From: Chiloscyllium plagiosum
Taxonomy: Eukaryota
Assembly: GCF_004010195.1 (NCBI RefSeq)
Contig: NC_057755.1
Coordinates: 211,042 to 240,225, forward strand
Direction of reading: 5' to 3'
DNA length: 29,184 bases
Shown here: positions 21,037 through 29,184 of the stretch, piece by piece
Numbering within the stretch: the first letter of the stretch is position 1
Layout of the letters: every line of letters starts with the position of its first letter
Made by a program: the position numbers and the translations under genes
Notes under the pieces: model-generated
The model's database searches: none
Seen by the model: only the letters and a program-made list of their open reading frames with translations
What the model was told of the DNA's origin: nothing

Positions 21037-23093
21037 CTCTTCCCTAAGGTTCCTCAATCCATTACTTCATTTTTTTAGATTCAGCATCCGAATTTTAGAG
21101 TCCAATTCTTCATTCTCCACGTTAATATACAATTCAAGCATTTTAAGATCAATCTTCCCTCCGAAATAATATTGTAAATTCATACTACTGCATTGTGTCT
21201 GTACGTTTTGGAGAAAGTAAATTAACTTGTTGCATGCTTATATCTGTTCTCTCATATCAATTCAAACCTGTGAGATGGAATAGGTTAGTCCTTAAAATGT
21301 GTTATTTCTGTCCACGTGAAGCAAGCATAATCACAAATGATAAAAAAATGTGGGACTTTGACAGGATGTGTATGACTTATTGGATACAATCTTGGGATAT
21401 CCTAAAAATGAGAAAGTAAGACATCAGAAAGAACTCTGTCCCTGAATTTGTGAGTCATGTGAGGGGAGGGTTTGACCTGCAGATTGGGATTCTGAAAGAG
21501 AACGTCTTCATCGATCCAGAACGTCTTTTTGTGGCCGTTCTCTTTCACTCACAGATTTACTACTTCAAGTGGCCATTTCCCTGCTAACTGTGCTTTTTTT
21601 TTCAAGTTCCCAAAACTCTGACAAGATTGAACAAATATTTCACAATGGCGGGAGTATGTTTCCCCAAAAGAGAATCAATCGCCATCCAATTAATTCAAAA
21701 CCCATGTTTCCAATGTATTCAGATCACACCAGGCTGAGAAACCTCGCCAAACATCGAGACATCTAAAACCCTTCTTCCTGGAACCAATGCTTACAGCGAC
21801 ATGTTCATGTACCTAATGTGTACTCAGCGTAATGGGGGATCAGCTTTTCAATTTCTTGCCCGATTTTCTGCATTTTACTGATGAAGATTCATAGCTGTGT
21901 CTCCCTGTTATTGCCCTGGGTTTAGCCAGCTGGGCATCATAGGGTATGAGTTCACAAATTATGGCTGCGAACCTGATCCAATCAGGTAGCCCTGAATGAA
22001 ATTTAAAAGAAAGATGAATTTCAGGGATATTGAGATGCCAAATAGCTGACACAAAGAAAGACTCCTGTGAAAAGCGATGCATTTGCAAATAGCGAATGAT
22101 TAATTACATGATGCTGTCCTCTGGAGAGTAATTTCGATCCCAGATATTGTCGGTGTAAATATGCACTCGGACCATGGGTTCTTCACTTTCCACACTTTCC
22201 CGCTCCGGCTGCTGTCCCACCCCAGAAAACCCCACGCCCCAATATTACCTGAAGTTGTTCTGTCACGTTCTCGACCCGAGGCACTGTTGAGACAATACAC
22301 CACCCTGCATTCTGCTTAGCCAGGACTGATGGTTCTGGTAGATTAGCTCAGTCAGCCAGAGTTCACGAATGAGGGACTGAAATGATGCACACACATGTTT
22401 GAATTCTTCAAATTTAGGAGGTTCTGAGATGAGTACAGTTTTCAAGAGAATAATGGAAACTGCTGGCAATGAATGGACGGAAAGGCTGTCTGATATCTCT
22501 TAATTTAAGACTAGGATAAGCATCTAATAGTTTATAGATGGCTTGAAGTCTGTCTAAGACTGAAATGAATGAAGAACACCTCGTAGTTCTATGCATTATA
22601 TTGCTCAGACTAAATTATGCTTATTCACTCAAAGAACCTGTCCTTCCCTTTCTTAGCGTTCCTGTGTCCTCCTTGTCTTTAACTGTTCCACCTAACATTG
22701 TGCTGTCAACAGACGTCACCCCTGCTCCTATCATCACAGTCATTGCTAGAGATTATAAATGGCTGTTTGTGGAGTAATCATCCTTGTGGGACTCACTAAT
22801 ACCAGCCTGACAACATGAAAATGGCACATTTATTCCTTCTCTCTGTCCTTTATCATTCTTCACAATAAGTCACATTTCCCCATCACTACAGATGCCATGG
22901 ACAACAGTGACACACTCAAACATTTCCAGAATTTGACATTTCTGCACCCTTATGTGCACAAATCCCTCCCTGGCCTCACTCCACCATCTCACTTGGAGCA
23001 GTTGCATCTCATCATCAGTCAGATGTTTCAGGTTTCTTCTCTGTACATGTGCAGCACACTGCAGGGAATATTAAATAATTCATCCCCATGCGC
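21037..23093 (+). repeat. Source copy of a ~2.06 kb near-identical direct duplication
   Basis: Matches 26099-28154 (offset 5061-5062) with only scattered substitutions; the duplicated ORFs in the track are nearly identical. Confidence 0.97.
22120..22320 (-). mobile_element. Decayed CR1 ORF1 esterase-like fragment (also at ~27180-27380)
   Basis: ECRVVYCLNSA/NVTEQLQVILG...SEEPMVRVHIYTDNIWDR. Confidence 0.65.
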
Positions 23094-23547
23094 TGCTGTT
23101 CAGATTGTCTGTGCCTCAGAGTCAGGTCTGCAACATGTCCAGGACACTCTTATCCTGGTAGGATAATCTGTACTGATTGGAGCTTATGTAACCGTAAAGC
23201 GTATTTTTCACTCAGTTTGTTTACGTTATTCAATTATTGTCTTAATTGGAGAAGTTATATTCGATTCAGAAACTGTACCCATGCAAAGTGAGGAATTCTG
23301 TTGGGATGTTGGATTTACTAAAAAATACAATGTGTTGTTTCCATTCACCAACTATCATCACTTCACAGAATAGCCGCTAATAACCAGGGAAACTAGAGCT
23401 CAGTGTTGAGGAGCACATTTCTTTGAGAGACACTCAACAACTAGAATAAATTTTCTAAATGGTCAAAGGCAAGGAAATGATGACATTGAAATAAAATAAG
23501 ATCGCAAAGAGTCATAGATAGTGTTGGAGTATCAATGCTGGTATCGA

Positions 23548-23678
23548 GGGTGGCATGGTGGTTCAGTGATTATCCCTGCGGCCCGCACGTGGATTTGGGT
23601 GCGATACTCTTTTCAGGGTCGTTTTGGTTTCGATGGGCCCATTGACCCTCTTCCACATTGTATGCATTCTATGATTTT
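23548..23678 (+). mobile_element. Internally deleted HE1-like SINE
   Basis: Head gggtggcatggtggttcagtgattatccctgc and tail gatactcttttcagggtc...gatgggcc...cttccacattgtatgcattctatgatt. Confidence 0.65.
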
Positions 23679-23867
23679 ATTCGACATGCATTTTCCAAAG
23701 TTTGCTATTGACCGATTGAGATTTGTATCATCCAATAATACTCAATTCTAAAAATCCTCCAACACAAGTGGGAGTTAACTCACCGCTGTGACTTTCTTGT
23801 TCAAATTCTTAAATAAATGAATCGAACCACATTGCAATGCAAGAATCCTCCAGGCGATGCCAGCAGG

Positions 23868-23873
23868 TATAAA
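23868..23873 (+). promoter_or_regulatory. TATA box upstream of candidate GPR139-like exon 1
   Basis: GCAGGTATAAA, with TATAAA starting 81 bp before the ATG at 23949; conserved in the left arm. Confidence 0.55.
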
Positions 23874-23948
23874 TGACAGGCTTTGTGATTGCATCACCTC
23901 GGTATTGAGTGCAGATAGATTGCCTGCGCAAAGAGATTCAGGCAGAAA

Positions 23949-24015
23949 ATGACGTTTTCATTTTATCATGTGTGGACGATATTTTACACGATTCTTCCAT
24001 TTGTAACAATTCGTG
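23949..24015 (+). CDS. Candidate first coding exon of a GPR139-like GPCR paralog (MTFSFYHVWTIFYTILPFVTIR, phase-1 donor); exon 2 not seen in the window
   Basis: AAAATG start, 22 codons plus G, then a GTAAGA donor. The hydrophobic stretch fits the start of TM1, and length and signals match the paralog at 2533-2599. Confidence 0.6.
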
Positions 24016-24785
24016 GTAAGAGCCTGCAGCATTGAGTTTGTGTGAATCTGCGTGAGAATTCTCTGTGGGTTCACTCTACCACGAACAATGGTACATGAGC
24101 ATGTTTTGCCTGTAAATCAGACAGTGGCAGACGATCAAAAATTTAATATCAGGTTACAGACACCCCGTGGAATCCCCATCACCGCAGATTCCACAGAAAC
24201 TGCTTGGGGGATTATTCACCTCTTCTGGGAACCTTCCAGAAATCTCCATTTCAATCGGGACGACGGGGAATTTCGGTGGAATTAACAAAAGGAGTTTCTT
24301 TGTTAAAATATAAGCGGTGGTATTTTTATGTAGAGTCTGCAATAATATTTGATTTTCGTTTGGTTCTGCTTTTTGAGTGAAAAAGCAGTCGGCTTCACTG
24401 TGCATTTGAAGCAAATCGTCAACGTGAGTGCATTTCTGTTATCACAGCAATTCGTTTTAAAAGTTGCGTTTGAGATTTCTCCACGGGCTGAATGGCTTTG
24501 TCTACGAGTGAACCTTTGTATACTTTTCATGCTTGAAATCCAGCATGGCATTAATGGAGTCTGAATGATTTGTTGGCTAGTTCCGGTATTTGTGATTAAG
24601 GAAGAAACCCATAAATGAGAAATCTTTACTTTCACTTCAATCTTTTTTTTTTGTAATTTCTTTTCAATCCTGTAAGAACCTGGAAATGAGTGGATGCATA
24701 GCTCTGTGCTCATGTGAATGAGATGAGAGTTTTATTAAAATACATTGTGTTGGAATGAAAGTGTTGTATTGGTCCCAGACAGAGG

Positions 24786-25310
24786 TGTTGTGACGAGACA
24801 TAAGCTCTGAAGGTAATGTTTAAATCCACGTACATTGACACTCATATATGTGGTAGCTCCAGGAAGAAACCAAATGCAGTTCCAGTTTAGAAGTCGTAGT
24901 CACAAGTCATTTAACCAAATGATAGAAACAAGGATTTTAATATGACTATTATATGAGGGTTGCTTTGTTTTGAACTGCATTAGGAGTCTGTTTTGTTGAA
25001 TATATAAAAGTCGTGTCCTTTTGTTTCATTGATGCATTGTTTTGAGGTTAATAAGAATTATACATTTACTTCGTATTCGTTCTGTTTGAATCAACGTTAT
25101 AAGTAAGTAATTTGATTTATTCTAAGTTATTGTCATTTCTTTTGCAATAAACGTCTGTTTTGGTGTGAAAAAGAATGTTTTCAGCATTGTGTGTTTGTGA
25201 TTCAGCAAGAGATCAGTTTGCTAATTAATGTAAATAAGGTTATCACTCATCAATCTGGATTTCTGTCTCGGGTCTGGCTTGTTCTGTAATTAATCAGCTG
25301 ACATCAGAAA
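24786..25310 (+). mobile_element. Possible old solo LTR (inverted paralog at ~600-1092)
   Basis: Starts TGTTGTGAC, has tatataaaag and aataaa internally, and has an LTR-like 3' end (ggtctggcttgttctgtaattaatcagctgacatca). The termini are degraded. Confidence 0.4.
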
Positions 25311-25632
25311 AGAACTGAGGCGATTAAACGCTTCGACTGACTCCTGAGGAACAGACAAACTGAGCCACACTTCAAACAAATTGGGCCGAACTACATCCAT
25401 AAAAGAATGTTTTCAGCATTGTGTGTTTGTGATTCAGCAAGAGATCAGTTTGCTAATTAATGTAAATAAGGTTATCACTCATCAATCTGGATTTCTGTCT
25501 CGGGTCTGGCTTGTTCTGTAATTAATCAGCTGACATCAGAAAAGAACTGAGGCGATTAAACGCTTCGACTGACTCCTGAGGAACAGACAAACTGAGCCAC
25601 ACTTCAAACAAATTGGGCCGAACTACATCCAT
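25169..25632. repeat. Perfect 232-bp tandem duplication (25169-25400, 25401-25632)
   Basis: Both units run aaaagaatgttttcagc...aactacatccat, with no differences seen. Confidence 0.97.
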
Positions 25633-25794
25633 GCAGATTAATTACATATCGCAGATCCTGATATCAGACATCCGCAATGAGTTGTGATTCCATATTACCC
25701 ATCCCAAAGTTACTACTCTTTTACTCTACAGCACAGCCAATACAATACAAATTCCCTCACTCCCTGCCAAACCTGTAACACTGAAATGATACGA

Positions 25795-26096
25795 GACACA
25801 GGGTGGCTCACATACATGCAGTTTTGGTCATCACCGAGCAGTGAGGACAGAATTGATCTGTGGAGAGTGCAACAGAGATTTACCAGAATGGTGTTAGTGT
25901 GGGGAAATTACTGCAGTATTGAGCAAAGATGCATAGGGTCGTGTCATCTTCCCTAAACAGGGGCGCATGAGATTTGACGTGACTGGGATTACAAATTAAT
26001 CAGGGTGTTGATTGAATACATGACTCCCTTAACGGAGAACCAATTAACAAGGAGACAGAGAGTGAGAAACATTGGTGGGAGGATTATTAAGGACAT
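25795..26096 (+). mobile_element. Old CR1 RT C-terminal fragment, continued at 28155-28345
   Basis: YMQFWSSP...DRIDLWRVQQRFTRMV in ORF 25684-25956. Confidence 0.75.
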
Positions 26097-26098
26097 AA

Positions 26099-28154
26099 CT
26101 CTTCCCTAAGGTTCCTCAATCCATTATTTCATTATTTAGATTCAGCATCCGAATTTTAGAGTCCAATTCTTCATTCTCCACGTTAATATACAATTCAAGC
26201 ATTTTAAGATCAATCTTCCCTCTGTAATAATATTGTAAATTCATACTACTGCATTGTGTCTGTACGTTTTGGAGAAAGTAAATTAACTTGTTGCATGCTT
26301 ATATCTGTTCTCTCATATCAATTCAAACCTGTGAGATGGAATAGGTTAGTCCTTAAAATGTGTTATTTCTGTCCACGTGAAGCAAGCATAATCACAAATG
26401 ATAAAAAAATGTGGGACTTTGACAGGATGTGTATGACTTATTGGATACAATCTTGGGATATCCTAAAAATGAGCAAGTAAGACATCAGAAAGAACTCTGT
26501 CCCTGAATTTGTGAGTCATGTGAGGGGAGGGTTTGACCTGTAGATTGGGATTCTGAAAGAGAACGTCTTCATCGATCCAGAACGTCTTTTTGTGGCCTTT
26601 CTCTTTCACTCACAGATTTACTACGTCAAGTGGCCATTTCCCTGCTAACTGTGCTTTTTTTTTCAAGTTCCCAAAACTCCGACAAGATTGAAGAAATATT
26701 TCACAATGGCGGGAGTATGTTTCCCCAAAAGAGAATCCATCGCCATCCAATTAAATCAAAACCCATGTTTCCAATGTATTCAGATCACACCAGGCCGAGA
26801 AACCTCGCCAAACATCGAGACATCTAAAACCCTTCTTCCTGGAACTAATGCTTACAGCCACATGTTCATGTACCTAATGTGTACTCAGCGTAATGGGGGA
26901 TCAGCTTTTCAATTTCTTGCTCGATTTTCTGCATTTTACTGATGAAGATTCATAGCTGTGTCTCCCTGTTATTGCCCTGGGATTAGCCAGCTGGGCATCA
27001 TAGGGTATGAGTTCCCAAATTATGGCTGCGAACCTGAGCCAATCAGGTAGCCCTGAATGAAATTTAAAAGAAAGATGAATTTCAGGGATAATGAGATGCC
27101 AAATAGCTGACACAAAGAAAGACTCCTGTGAAAAGCGATGCATTTGCAAATAGCGAATGATTAATTACATGATGCTGTCCTCTGGAAAGTAATTTCGATC
27201 CCAGATATTGTCGGTGTAAATATGCACTCGGACCATGGGTTCTTCACTTCCCACACTTTCCCGCTCCTGCTGCTGTCCCACCCCAGAAAACCCCACGCCC
27301 CAATATTACCTGAAGTTGTTCTGTCACGTTCTCGACCCGAGGCACTGTTGAGACAATACACCACCCTGCATTCTGCTTAGTCAGGACTGATGGTTCTGGT
27401 AGATTCGCTCAGTCAGCAAGAGTTCACTAATGAGGGACTGAAATGATGCACACACATGTTTGAATTCTTCAAATTTAGGAGGTTCTGAGATGAGTACAGT
27501 TTTCAAGAGAATAATGGAAACTGCTGGCAATGAATGGACGGAAAGGCTGTCTGATATCTCTTAATTTAAGACTAGGATAAGCATCTAATAGTTTATAGAT
27601 GGATTGAAGTCTGTCTAAGACTGAAATGAATGAAGAACACCTCGTAGTTCTATGCATTATATTGCTCAGACTAATTTATGCTTATTCACTCAAAAAACCT
27701 GTCCTTTCCTTTCTCAGCGTTCCTGTGTCCTCCTTGTCTTTAACTGTTCCACCTAACATTGTGCTATCAACAGACGTCACACATGCTCCTATCATCACAG
27801 TCATTGCTAGAGATTATAAATGGCTGTTTGTGGAGTAATCATCCTTATGGGACTCACTAATACCAGCCTGACAACATGAAAATGGCACATTTATTCCTTC
27901 TCTCTGTCCTTTATCATTCTTCACAATAAGTCACATTTCCCCATCACTACAGACGTCATGGACAACAGTGACACACTCAAAGATTTCCAGAATTTGACAT
28001 TTCTGCACCCTTATGTGCACAAATCCCTCCCTGGCCTCACTCCACCATCTCACTTGGAGCAGTTGCATCTCATCATCAGTCAGATGTTTCAGGTTTCTTC
28101 TCTGTACATGTGCAGCACACTGCAGGGAATATTAAATAATTCATCCCCATGCGC
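26099..28154 (+). repeat. Inserted second copy of 21037-23093
   Basis: Near-identical to 21037-23093. Its flanks (…ggattattaaggacat | catttcattcggaagatga…) are contiguous in the left-arm paralog (~185-240). Confidence 0.95.
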
Positions 28155-29184
28155 CATTTCATTCGGAAGATGACTGTGCAACTGCCAGTTTTGATAGTGG
28201 CTTGAGTGACTAACCTTAACTCATATAAGGGGAACTTAGATCTGCACATGAAGTGCAGAAAACCTCAGTGCTGTCGACCAGATGCTGAAAAATGGGATCT
28301 GACCAGGTTGATTTAGTTGATGCAGATATGAATGACTTCTTTCAGTGCCACAAATGTCGTGCATTCCTCTTGTTTTGCAGAAAGACTGAGGAGAGTTGAA
28401 GTGTATTCACTTGGCAGGTTAAATGGCTTGTTTCTGTGTTGTCCATTTCCAACACTGGAAATTTGGAGAGCGTAAAATTGAATACAATAGTGCTACCTTC
28501 CAGTTTTTCACTGAAAACGTTTTTGTAGCTTCAAAATTTGTACAATGCATAAAGCAATTTTACATGGGGAGGAACAATGTTAACTAAGGTTAGAGCATAA
28601 TAATTTGTCAATTCATTAGGGTGACATTGCTTACTTTGTTTAGTTATTTTATTACAATGTAAAGATTTTAGAAAAGTAGCATTTTGAAATCGTGTATTAC
28701 CTATGGACTGTAGAGTATTCGGATTATTAATTTAAATGCTAATTGTCCATGACATGATCATAAAACAATAGAGAGTCAGAGAGACCTGTTTTTTTTATCA
28801 TGTCATATTTTATTATGCAATAGATTGGAGCTGCCACATTCCGTAGTTACAGTAGTGAATTCACTGTTTTCTTCTGTATTGTGTATTGCATTCATAGAAT
28901 ATCAACAGGCATATTCCAAAACTCTTTGAGTCAGATAATGCAGAGAATGCAAAAAAAAAGTCACATCTTCCGACTTGGACTTTGCATTATTTGCTGACTA
29001 AATGTCAGCGACATTAGAGCATTGCTAAACTTGACAAGGAATTGTTCTCTTTCCAAAACACACTATGAGGGATTCAGTGAGTTATCATATCCTCAGTTTA
29101 TCGGCACAGAGAGGACTCTGATCGCGATTTGCACCTTTAATAATGACATGAACATTTCTCATCTCTGTTAGCATTATTCGTCAA

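Larger units (their letters stand above)
18494..28345 (+). repeat. Right arm of the inverted segmental duplication
   Basis: Colinear inverted homology to 1-7930 (see the left-arm anchors), interrupted by the 26099-28154 insertion. Confidence 0.9.

Noticed and set aside
21195..22470. Repeated small ORFs and splice-like sites (aaa|gtaag...cacag|) in the thrice-present unit suggesting a novel gene family
   Set aside because: No frame stays open across the diverged copy (4440-5770). Part of it is a decayed CR1 ORF1, and the splice-like sites appear on both strands. The ORF recurrence simply reflects DNA duplication.
29150..29184. Possible splice acceptor (tttctcatctctgttag|c) for exon 2 of the right gene
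   Set aside because: The following 13 nt would give ALFV rather than the expected V/A-N-L, and there is too little sequence to judge.

Overview
Repeat-rich, gene-poor vertebrate DNA, most likely from a cartilaginous fish (shark). This is inferred from HE1-type SINEs, HER1/CR1 LINEs, Tx1 and Penelope-like elements. There is no intact CDS, and nearly all ORF-track entries are TE fragments or noise. The gene-related content belongs to the two-exon GPR139-like class A GPCR family that is expanded in sharks. It comprises a disrupted coding exon (TM3-TM7, 17296-17993, minus strand, running into an N gap) and two paralogous candidate first exons with TATA boxes that point away from each other (2533-2599 minus; 23949-24015 plus). 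The two first exons lie in the arms of an old inverted segmental duplication (~1-7930 vs ~18494-28345). Each arm has its own later changes: a CR1 insertion, a Penelope-like hairpin with hammerhead-ribozyme-like motifs, a CR1-associated deletion, a near-identical 2.06 kb non-tandem copy and a perfect 232-bp tandem duplication. The central region holds solo LTRs, SINE/Penelope remnants and degenerate minisatellites. All identities and family assignments were made by eye; no search was run.
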